From the NCBI RefSeq assembly GCF_964204645.1, contig NC_134034.1, positions 13,591,062 to 13,655,061 on the forward strand: a stretch of DNA of 64,000 nt, in the 5' to 3' direction. Within the stretch, counting starts at the first letter, position 1. The number at the start of each line of letters is the position of its first letter. The DNA comes from Tubulanus polymorphus. Lineage: Eukaryota > Animalia > Nemertea. The notes under the pieces are model-generated. The model was not told where the DNA came from. It was given only the letters and a program-made list of their open reading frames with translations, and did no database searches. Both the position numbers and the translations under genes were made by a program. Of the stretch, positions 38,232 to 49,408 are shown piece after piece.

Positions 38232-41200
38232 ATGGATTTGGAACACGATTTGAGTTCCGACACAGAATTAGATGATAACGTCATAGTTTCAGCGCCACCA
38301 CAAATATCTATCGTTCACATCCCGAACAATAACTCCATCAATCAATCGGTAAGATGATCAATCAATGGTAAAATGATCAATCAATCGGTAAGATGATCAA
38401 TCAATGGGTAAAATGATCAATCAATCTAAGGTGAACAATCAATGGATCAGGTGATCAATCAATCGGTATTATGGTCAATTTATCTATAAGATGATCAATT
38501 TATTGGTAAAATGATCAACTGATCAATCAATCTAAGACAATCAATCAATCTGTAAGATTATCAATACTGATGAAACTTAAGTGAAGTTTTAAATTGTCTG
38601 AAATGGGAGGACCATGGTCCTTCCATTGAATTTTATCTGAATGGAAGATTACCTAATCTGAATTTGCCCCCAGCGATGTTTGAATATATTTGATAACAAT
38701 AAGAAAAATATTTGTCCGATTATGATGCAGGTATCTCCGGGTTCAAGCGAAGACTGTGAAGATCAAGAGGGCAGAAAGCGGCACGAACTATTGAGTCGCC
38801 GCCCGTCGTACAGGTTAGTGTCAATCTTCATCTGCTCATAGACTTTTGTCTCTTACTGCGGTAAAGTTGAGACTGGTAAAATTCTAGCCCGAGTTGGTGT
38901 CAAATACTGAGCATGAGATTGTGAAATACAGTAGACTATGTCTCTTACTGCGGTAAAGTTGAGACTGGTAAAATTCTACTCCGAGTTGGTGTCAAATACT
39001 GAGTAAGAGTTTTTGAAATACAGTAGACTCTGTCTCTTACTGCGGTAAAGTTGAGACTGGTAAAATTCTACCCCGAGTTGGTGTCAAATTCTGTATAAGT
39101 TGAAACTTGATATTTCTAGAAGATTGGTGTCAGATACCGATTACAGGAAATTCGATCTGCCTGAATTTGTTCGTGTTGAAATTCTTAGTTCCATATATAT
39201 TTCGTGTTTATTTACAGGAAGATATTAAACGAGTTATCATCTGACAATCCGCCGGTCACGGTGGTACAACTAGCCAAAGTGGAGGAGGAATCGCTCTCCC
39301 CTCACAGCCAAGACTCGGTGGAGGGAAATGACGCGGCGAACAGCCTTCAATCCTCATCAGCAGTTACATCATTCCAGCAGGCTACCGGTAAGTATGAATC
39401 CCGCGGTCGTGCTGCGCATCCTCAATCGGCAGCACGGATTTAAACCTGGTGGCATCAGTGGACTCGGCTACGACACAAATCCCTGCCACGTGTTGAAGAT
39501 CTGAAATACCTCCTCCCTGTATTCCCCTGTACAGTAGTTTTTGTGATGCAGACACTTTTGAAACTTCTTCCTTTAAAACGCCTTGAAAATTCCTTATATC
39601 CAGGAATGACTGATGCGTAGAGACCCCGGCGAAATACGATCCAGTTATAGGATGAAAATCCGCGAAACCACTGAATTATGCGTTCACTGAGATAAACGGT
39701 ACTTGGGATATGAAAGTGATGTAGACACTTCCTTGAAAATTCTTTCTATCCAGGAATGACTGATCAGTTGCGACCCTGTTTTAGTAAACATTGCGTTATT
39801 TCTGATCTATCGCGACTTGTTTCCGGATCAAAAGCATTTGCCTAAAAAAAAAAATTCTTTGTCTGGGTTTTGTTTTGGTTGATACGGTCGATGTTTTTCT
39901 GTTGTAGTAATACCCGCTCACACGATACAGATCGCCGCTCAAGACGCCAACACGCAGGGCTTACAGACGCTAACGATGACGAACGCCGGCGCAGCGGGCA
40001 CCACCGGTGGCGCCACTATCGTACAGTACGCTCAGGGTCCAGACGGACAGTTCTTTATACCCGGTGAGCACATTCGATCGTAGTTCGTAGTGTATATATT
40101 TAGATGATCCCCCCCCCCCCTAAACAGACCCCGACCGCGTACACGTCTGTCAAGTTCATTGTTAGATACTTAGACGCTTCTGAAATAGTTAAGAGTACAC
40201 GCGACCCGGTTCCACACTGTTCCATGAGTTACAATTTGACTTCCGGTTAAATCATCTCAACTGCGGAACTGGATCCAGTTAAATTTGTTTGTTTTTCCGC
40301 TTTGTGGAACTGTGGTTCTTGCGAGTTTGAAACGAGTACGTTCATGTTTGGATATATGATTTTGTTGCGGAATCCAATCAAATTTCCACAGTTATCGTCG
40401 AGCAGGTCTATCGAACTGTTTACCTATGAGCCTGTCCCTCGAGTCACAACCAGTCGAGCTAATTTTAGTAGTATCTTAAATTAAACCCCAAACAAACTGG
40501 AACGTAGTGAACCGATCGCGATGATTTATTTCTTTTCAAATAATCTTGTCGAAATTGAATATACAAAGAATGTGTAGTATATTCTGCGCCTGGAACTGTT
40601 TGTTTTCTCTCTGTAAACAAAGAAATCGAGAAATCTTTTTTACCGGGGGAATATTTTTTTTAGTATGGCCTGTGTCTATTTTGCAGGCGGTAGTGTTGAG
40701 ATGCTTCAGAACGGAGGTAGGATTTGATATTAAATTTACTCCCCATCCACACACTCACTCACACACGTATATATATACCCCCTTCGCTTGCGCCATATCC
40801 CTACCATCCTCAGTCCGATTCTTAATCAGTAAATATCAAATGACGAGCGTGAAAGCTTTAACCTCTCTCGCCCTTGCCATTGGAATCATGAAAGCTAATG
40901 GAAGGGTGACACGTATGACTTGCCCTACCCCCCTCCAACAATCCCGGTTTATATATCATAATTATTGTGTCGTTTGAGTATATTATTAATATTTTGTGTT
41001 TAATCGTAATTAAAAGAAAAAAAAACTGAAATGATTGTTAATTATTAGTACGAATGTGTGTGTCATTGTTAACTGCCACTAACGAGTTAATTTATTTATA
41101 TGATTCATTGATATTGACGATGATGATGTTGATAGCTTGCACTTGATTTATGTTATGTCTTCAGTATGGTTGTGATGATTCTAAAAGGGATTGTTTCGAT

Positions 41201-42934
41201 TCGTCTAATTATAAAATCAAAAAGTCAATCAGTTTGTGTCTCACCGCCAGACCTCCTTCTGGGCATCTCACTCTCAAATTGCTTTAGATTGTTGCAGGAC
41301 CTATCCCCTCCCCCTCCGAAAACAAGTAAAATTTTTTATTTCGCAAATACGTCTAAAATCTCTTCTGATAATCAAGAAACAGTTTTGTGTTTTGTGCTTC
41401 GATGATTTTTTTTGGCTGCTTTCGCACAAAACAACGAATATCATGTTTCTGAGCAACGCATGTATTCACAAAACCCGCCGGCAGAAAAACATTTAACTAC
41501 CGTATGTTTTCTATTTGCGTCCACCCCGCAGTGCGATGTAAAGATGTAATGCTTTAGTAGTGTCTACTGTGCTGCGTATAATGGATGATATGCTATATTG
41601 CGTCTACCCCGGGGTGTGGCGTATAATGGACTAACCGCTATATTGCATTTACACCGCGGTGCAGTGTATATCTGATGTACCGCTGCCTGGCAGTATGGTG
41701 TATTGTTACTTATCAATATTGTTTATTATAGAATAATGTTTGCCGCTTACTGCCATCTTTCAATAGAGATAAAACTAATTACTAATCACATTGATACGCC
41801 GCATGTTGGTGTACTACCAAAATCCTTCACCGATTTATACACCGCCATGTGATGTAATTGCACTGAAAGGTTACAGGTTACAATTTGTTGTTATGTTTTT
41901 TGTTGCAGTGACGTTAGCCGGTAATGTACAGGCATATCAGATCAGTACGCCGACGTCTCTACCGCAGAGCGTCGTGATGGCAGCTAGTGGCGCCACGTTG
42001 ACCGGTACGTCGGCGCAAATATCAGAAGAGGCGGCTCGAAAACGAGAGTTGAGATTACTTAAAAATAGGTACGTACACGTGTGCAAGAATTACTGATCTA
42101 CGTGTAGATTGGTCATAAAACCATGTTTAGGTTAGTCTGGGATTAAAGTTGTTAGATTGGCTATAGAAGCGAGAGGTAAGCTTAGACTGATCTTAAGTTG
42201 TAAGATTGGCTATAGAACCAAAATGAACTTAGACTGATCTTAAGTTGTAAGATTGGCTATAGAACCAAAATGAGCTTAGACTGATCTTAAGTTGTAAGAT
42301 TGGCTATGGAACCAAAATGAGCTTAGACTGATCTTAAGTTGTTAGATTGGCTATGGAACCAAAATGAGCTTAGACTGATCTTAAGTTGTTAGATTGGCTA
42401 TGGAACCAAAATGAGCTTAGACTGATCTTAAGTTGTTAGATTGGCTATGGAACCAAAATGAGCTTAGGCTGATCTTAAGTTGTAAGGTTGGTTATGGAAC
42501 CAAAATGAGCTTAGACTGATCTTAAGTTGTTAGATTGGCTATGGAACCAAAATGAACTTAGACTGGTTTGAAGTTGTTAGATTGGTTATAGAACCAAAAT
42601 GAGCTTAGACTTGTCTTAAGTTGTTAGATTGGCTGTAGACTATAGAACTAGAATGAGTTAAGATTGAACTTAAGTTGTTAGATTGGTTATAGAACCAGAA
42701 TGAGCTTAGACTGGTGTCAAGCGAAGATTTCTCGATGTGGAAAAGATGTGTTCTATTTTGTTTGTAATTCTAATTTGCAGGGAGGCAGCGCGTGAATGTC
42801 GTCGCAAGAAGAAAGATTACGTTAAGTGTTTGGAGAACCGCGTTGCCGTGCTAGAAAATCAGAACAAAGCTCTGATCGAAGAGCTGAAGTCTCTTAAAGA
42901 ACTTTATTGCCAAAAAGAACACCAGGTGGCGTGA
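38232..42934 (+). CDS. CREB1: cAMP response element-binding protein (CREB/CREM/ATF1 family bZIP)
   Basis: Exons 38232-38348, 38731-38813, 39218-39387, 39908-40063, 41909-42068, 42781-42934. KID RKRHELLSRRPSYRKILNELSS; Q2 GLQTLTMTNA...IVQYAQGPDGQFFIP; bZIP EEAARKRELRLLKNREAARECRRKKKDYVKCLENRVAVLENQNKALIEELKSLKELY. Probable non-coding first exon ends at about 36779. Confidence 0.95.
38337..38562 (+). repeat. about 20-bp minisatellite (atcaatcaatcggtaagatg) spanning a CREB exon/intron boundary
   Basis: The first unit contains the donor TCG|gtaaga at 38348/38349; later units decay. Confidence 0.85.
38840..39090 (-). repeat. 92-bp tandem repeat, about 3 copies (CREB intron), same family as 30153-30523
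   Basis: Reverse complement of the ACMSD intron unit, with few substitutions. Confidence 0.93.
42135..42718. repeat. 47-bp minisatellite, about 12 copies, derived from the interior of MITE family A
   Basis: Unit cttagactgatcttaagttgttagattggctatggaaccaaaatgag, period 47. Confidence 0.93.
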
Positions 42935-43927
42935 GCGGTCGAACGTGGACCGACAGACGGACACACGAGTGACTTAACGACCGGTTTATAGTTATTATTG
43001 CGCGACACCCCCCAAAAAAAAGACGCATTCGCACCGAGGATTTTCTTCGTAAAGAATTGAACATTTAAACAGTCCTCGTAATATCGATGTGGAATGAATC
43101 CTCAGGTGGTTTTTTTCGTGAAGTTTTGTTAAGTATTTTTCATGAATTTGTATTTATGTAGTTAACACACTCGCGTGCGCGCGTGCGTATCGCAACGCTT
43201 CCGATTTTATACCCTCTTACGTTTGATATTTGGAATTTTGTCTCAGATCGACGCCACGGTTACCGATTAAACTTTCCTCACGGGGCGCGCGTACGGCTAA
43301 AGTAGATCGCAGATCGTAGAACTCATTGCGACTCGCGTCTCTGGCGCAGTCATGTGCGATGCGTTCGTCGCTGGTGGTCGCAGAGAGTTGCGTCCCCAGT
43401 GGTTACAACCAACCTACCCACACAGATTTAGACCGCAGTCAAACCCGTTTACAAGCAGAGATGTTAAAGACTTTTTTTCCATTTTCCTGGTAGAAAAAAA
43501 ATAGTGTGAAATTGCATTTGAGAACACTTAAAATTTGAAAAATTTCTCAATTTTTTGGATATCAACTATTTTCCTTTTTCCTATGGCCACTTACATCTGT
43601 GTACAGGACTCGATTTCACCAGTGTATCAAGGATACTGTATTTTTTGTGGGATACTAAATATCGAAATGAAATTTAACCAACTCGATAAAGGTAATTTCT
43701 GATTTCATGTTTTGATTTAATAATTTCTGCGATAAGAGACTTATATCGATGGTGAAATGGGGATACAGAACTTTGATTCGGAATATTGTCAGCGGGACGA
43801 TTCTCTAGAATTCTGTAGATTGATCCTTGGCTTAAATTCTGCGTGGCGATGTCCAAAATTCAGTTTTCCTTTCAAAAAATGCATAATTTTTTCACAAAAA
43901 TAATATCTCTCGTTTATTTTATGGTAT

Positions 43928-44079
43928 GTGAGGTTACCCGGTACGTGAGGTTACCCGGTACGTGAGGTTACCCGGTACGTGAGGTTACCCGGTACGCGAG
44001 GTTACCCGGTACGCGAGGTTACCCGGTACGCGAGGTTACCCGGTACGCGAGGTTACCCGGTACGTGAGGTTACCCGGTA
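43928..44079. repeat. 17-bp minisatellite (gtgaggttacccggtac), about 9 copies
   Basis: Near-perfect periodicity, in the CREB 3' region. Confidence 0.95.
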
Positions 44080-44321
44080 TCACCCGGTCTACGTGTATAA
44101 CATGTGTATATTGATTGTAAGTTAAAAGTTTTTTGTATTATGAAGATTTTGTATTTTATAAACACAAGAAGATAAAGCAGCACTGTTTTAGCACCAGCCC
44201 CCCCCCCCAACTCCCCTCCCTTCCCTCCCTCATCGATGTACAGCCTCAGTTTATCAATGTACCCCACTCCCCGACCACCCCTCATTATATCGATGTGTAT
44301 CATAACTCGGCTTCATAGCAG

Positions 44322-44578
44322 GGGCTGCAGTTGCTCAAAAGTTGGTTAAAGATAACCGGTGGATGAATAATACCACAGTAACAATACGTAGATTTAATTG
44401 TCACTCTCACCAACTTTTGAAAAACAGGCCCCAGGGGCCAGTTGCATAGTCATGGCTTAGACTTAAGACCAGTCTAAGACCAACTTAGTTCTATAGCTAA
44501 CCTAACAACTTAAGACCAGTCTTAAGATTTAGGCCTAAGACCACTTTTGGACTTAAGTCACGACTGTGTAACTGGCCC
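44322..44578. mobile_element. abutting MITEs: family B (44322-44431) and family A (44435-44578)
   Basis: Family A ends GGGCCAGTTGCATAGTCATGGCTTAGACTTAAG ... CTTAAGTCACGACTGTGTAACTGGCCC. The two elements are separated by a single CAG. Confidence 0.85.
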
Positions 44579-45771
44579 CGGGTCTCGGAAGTACTTACTT
44601 TTTAAAAGAGTAAGTGAGGCCCTTAAAACGTGTTTTCTTTTCACTAAGTGCTTCATTTAGGACTCTCAGTATCTGGAATGAACTAAAACAGCGTTAAACG
44701 TTTATTTACTTCGATGATTTATGTTGTGGATTAGGACGAGGGCCGTGGTCTTAAAATCATCGGAAAGTGTCACTTTCATCTTACGTGCTTAAAAAGTGCT
44801 CGGTTTTTCTTTTTAAAAAAACGAAACGTGTTTACTTTTGTCTCAGTCGTTTCCTACAGTAAACCTCGCCTTGGGAGCGTTTCGTGCGCCGGTAGGAACT
44901 AAATCATTGTTGTAATGTTCTCAATTATAAACCGTCACGTTGGTTTCAAAGTGGAAAAAATTATAATGATAATCATCAGCGAAGTTTATGGGAGTAGTTA
45001 CAGCTAGGGGGCGGGCGAGTGTTGATGATCGCGACAATTAAATTTGCCACTTTGGATTTATAAACACTTTGGAATGAATGGACTGGACCAGATTGGGCTA
45101 GGCTGGGCTGGGCTGGGCTGGGCTGGGCACGCGTAGCTATCAATATCCATACCGTCAAACTCCTTTATAATGCCACTGTGAAAAGCATGGTGTTATAACA
45201 AATTTTGCTGCATTATGAAGAATGATATTTTCATTGAATTTGAGTTAGATCGAGTGAATTTGTTCTCAGAAAAATGCCGTGAGCAGTGGCATTAAAAAAA
45301 GATGGCGTGCGGTTGATTGTTACGGACAAATAATGAACTTGTTGCGATCGGGTGAAGGAATAATGCTCACTTGCCCCCTGTACCTTAATGATGTAAATTG
45401 TACAGATACATTGTAAGATAGATGTTAATATGAATTAAGGAGACTGAGAGAAATGTGAGGTATAGGCGACGTCCAACCCGGTCACATGGTTATTCGTTAA
45501 CCGTTTCAGCGATGTTTAGTTATTTCATTTACCCGATGAAGCTGCTGTACGATAGTAGCTGGAGCTTGTACTTCAAATAAATCTAGGTAACCTTCTAAGT
45601 GATTTCTATCCAGCAATTACTGATCGTTCGGGGCCTAGAATGTATTTGTCTTACGCTTTCTGAATCGGTTTTGAAAATGGTTTTAAGTCCGTTTGGAAAA
45701 TTAGTTTATTGCAAGTTCACCTAAGGTTGAGTGGGTTAGCTAGTACGGGGAGAGTTAATAGTCGGAATCCT

Positions 45772-46158
45772 GGGCCCAGTTCCATAGTCATGGCTTAGAC
45801 TTAAGACCAATTTAAGACCATCTTAGTTCTATAACCAATCTAACAACTTAAGACCAGTCTTAAAATCTAAGACCATTTTTGGACTTAAGTCTCAACTGAG
45901 GAACTGGCCCTGGGGTCAGTGGTGCTCAAAAGTTAGTTAGAGTTAACTGGTGGACGAATACTAGGGTAACAATACAATTTCAATTGCCACTTATATGCCA
46001 ACTTATCCACTGGTTAACCCTTTAACCGATGGGGCCAGTTCCATAGTGAGGGCTTAGACTTAAGACCAACTTAGTTCTAGAGCCAATCTAATAACTTGAG
46101 ACAAGTCTCAAGATTTAAGACCACTTGTGGTCTAAAGTCTTGACTATGGAACTGGCCC
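45772..46158. mobile_element. MITE chain A-B(truncated)-A
   Basis: Family A at about 45772-45910 and 46032-46158, with a family B body between them. Confidence 0.8.
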
Positions 46159-46821
46159 CAGGTCTCGCCAGCTGCTGCTGGGTCGACGGGGAAGGGCGGG
46201 GTGATGCGGGAGATCGTGTATTTTTTAGACGCATTTGTTGTAAATATTGATACGATACGGAAAAAGAAAGAAGAATATTTAAAAAGTAAATGATCGAAAA
46301 TAAAGAAAAAAAAGTGAATTTAAATATGTGATGAGTTTGTGTTGCATATATTTTTAAAATGTATATATGGAATGCTAATGGAGTACTTGATAACAGAAAA
46401 GAACAAGATATTTGGAGAAACTTCGGTAGTTTTCGTTTGTTTTTTTTTGTGTTAGCGCAATCTTTTCGAAGGGCTATTTTGGTACTCGAAGAGGAAAACT
46501 AAAAGTCGATGAACCCATAATTGCTGAGGATGAGAATTCTTCTAACGTCTCGAGGTTTTAACTGAACCTGATCATCAGAAAAATGAAAATTCTTTTTTCG
46601 TTGCTCTGACGAGGTTTACTTGAAACCTGGAAACATTAGAATCTTTTCAAACATCACTATTCACTTTGAACTGAGATCACGATCACTTTTACTACAGTGT
46701 TAGTTCGACGATCGTAAACCAGGTGGCAGCAGCTCACGGCGGTTATATCATCACTATTGTTATCGGGTGCATTAAAAATTGTAGGCCTACTGAAAATCGG
46801 TTCACGCGTAGCGTACATAGA

Positions 46822-49408
46822 ATGACAGACCTGTACGAGGCTTTACACGGCTTCATCGACAACTGGCAGGTTATAAGCGCTAGTATAATGGGTAACATAC
46901 TGTGTAAAAGTGCCGCTGTCGATTTCGGAGTGCAGTGGGCTTTGTGGGTGTTGGCAGCTGCTCTGAGAACGGAGAAATTCTATGATTTAGCAGGTAAATT
47001 GTAGATAATACTCGTGCACAGGGGCCCGTAGAGTTTTTGGTACTGCCAAAACAATAATCTGTTGATCTCGTATCTATTGAATAATATGCTAAAATAAAAA
47101 TTGGTAGGTGGTCCAGTCGAAAGTAGTTCATCCCTCGTCCCAAGGACGGGCCAGATACGGCACTGTGTGTATTATTGACACCCCTGTGGGATGTTATACT
47201 GGATTAACAGATTACCAGTTTGCGGTAGGCCTATCATCCCCTGTGGTGGATTAGTGGGTTGGGTTAGATTCAAATGTTCCGATCTGATCGTGAGTCAACT
47301 CACTGGTGCTGGGTCTTTGCTCGAGGCTAATGGTTTTCTTATCTCGTTATGTTTCAGGTTCTGGAACGTTTATTGCTCTCGCGTATTTATCAAGAAAATG
47401 GAACGATACGTTCTTCAGTCGTCAGAATATACAGACAAGCTGTGTAATGCTGTGGGCTTTCAGGTCAGTATAATGTAGGTCTAGCCTACACAAGAAGAGG
47501 GCATTCTCCCAAAACCCCTGTCCTAATAGACACATCCTCCCTCACAGGGATTTGGACCTGATGACATCGCGAGACTCTGTCACAGTACAAACCCCTGTCC
47601 TAGTAGACACATCCTCCCTCACAGGGATTTGAACCTGATGACATCATGAGACACTGTCACAGTACAAACCCCTGTCCTAATAGACACATCCTCCCTCACA
47701 GGGATTTGAACCTGATGACATCGCGAGACTCTGTCACAGTACAAACCCCTGTCCTAGTAGACACATCCTCCCTCACAGGGATTTGAACCTGATGGCATCG
47801 CGAGACTCTGTCACAGTACAAACCCCTGTCCTAGTAGACACATCCTCCCTCACAGGGATTTGAACCTGATGACATCGTGAGACTCTGTCACAGTACAAAC
47901 CCCTGTCCTAGTAGACACATCCTCCCTCACTGGGATTGGAACCTGATGACATCATGAGACACTGTCACAGTACTAACCCCTGTCCTAGTAGACACATCCT
48001 CCCTCACAGGGATTTGAACCTGATGACATCATGAGACTCTGTCACAGTACAAACCCCTGTCCTAGTAGACACATCCTCCCTCACGGGGATTTGAACCTGA
48101 TGACATCATGAGACTCTGTCACAGTACAAACCCCTGTCCTAGTAGACACATCCTCCCTCACAGGGATTTGAACCTGATGACATCACTTTTTTTTACAGAT
48201 TGGGAATGTATTTGTTTGTTCGTGTGATGAAAGAAGGTGAAGATAAAAGATTTACTCATGTTCGCGGACGGCCAGCGATATTCTTTGTTTACTGGACAAT
48301 GCAAGGTAAGCAAAGCACAGTTTTATTTTGTGTTAGGAGTCACCTCTAACTACCTGCCCTGTCGCCGCAAATCTTTGCATTTGCTTTCTTTGCTGAAGCC
48401 CGATCTTTTCTTAAAAGACCAGAAATTTCTTTTTTGTTGGTTTAGTGCATACAGGTACCCCAAACATGAGATACCCCGACGCATTTTCAGGTCAAACCCC
48501 CTACGAAGATCCCTAGAGATCTCCTCTTGTAAGGGATACCAAATCATGTCAAAACAAATCAAATGACAAAGAGGGACAATCATTCCATATCTTAATATAT
48601 GAAAATAAAGAGTTAAAAATTTAGTGTTAGTTAAAAAAGTGAAAATAAACTGATTTCAAAGGAAAGTGCGATAAAAAAAACAACTTTCCTTCTACTTCAG
48701 CTATCTGGGTGTTTGTGACGTTGCTGCCTTCGCTGATTCTAAACAGTAAAACAGTCGATCGACCGCTTGGCTGGAGAGATTACGCCGGCTGGTCGATCTG
48801 GGCCGTCGGATTCCTCACCGAAGTTTTAGCCGATTATCAAAAATCCGTTTTCAGAAATAACCCCGAAAATAAGGTAAGAATTACTTTTTTTGTTGAAACA
48901 TTTCATTCGTATCTAGTTAAATATCTAGAACAGATGTCAGATTTAGAATTACACGACCATGCGGTGTAACAAAGGCAAACACTGATTAATACACCGCACT
49001 GAGGTGTTGAGTAGACACACTGAAAGGGTTAGTTACGACTTTACAACTCGGGCCTAGATAGAATAAAAAGCTTATTAAGAATATTCTAGATTAAAAAATT
49101 GAAACTTGTTTTGTCTCGATTTTTAGGGTAAATTCATCAGTTCGGGTTTGTGGTCTTTGAGTCGGCATCCGAACTATTTCGGCGAGATTCTGTTGTGGTT
49201 CGGTTTATATTTGTCGGCGTCGTCGACGTTTCGACATCGTCTCGAACACCTCAGCGTGCTGTCGCCGATGTTCGTTTATTTCCTCATCACGAAGGTCAGC
49301 GGCGTTCCGCCGCTCGAAAAAATGGCGATGAAACGCTTCGGCAAGGATCCGGCGTATCAACAATACGTGAAAGACACGCCCGTTCTGATACCGTTCCTCA
49401 ACTGGTAA
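46822..49408 (+). CDS. DUF1295 / steroid 5-alpha-reductase-like membrane protein
   Basis: Exons 46822 (or ATG 46888)-46993, 47358-47463, 48199-48305, 48701-48873, 49127-49408. Motifs TEKFYDLAGSGTF, WAFRLGMYLFVRVMKEGEDKRF, EVLADYQKSVFR, GLWSLSRHPNYFGEILLWFG, SGVPPLEK. Confidence 0.9.
47514..48185 (-). repeat. 77-bp minisatellite, about 8.7 copies, derived from the tRNA-like SINE head
   Basis: Period 77. The reverse complement aligns with the SINE at 23105-23187, including the B-box variant GGTTCAAATCC. Confidence 0.93.

Noticed and set aside
40546-40977. 143-aa ORF inside a CREB intron
   Set aside because: No coding features. Only the 30-nt microexon candidate, in another frame, is retained.
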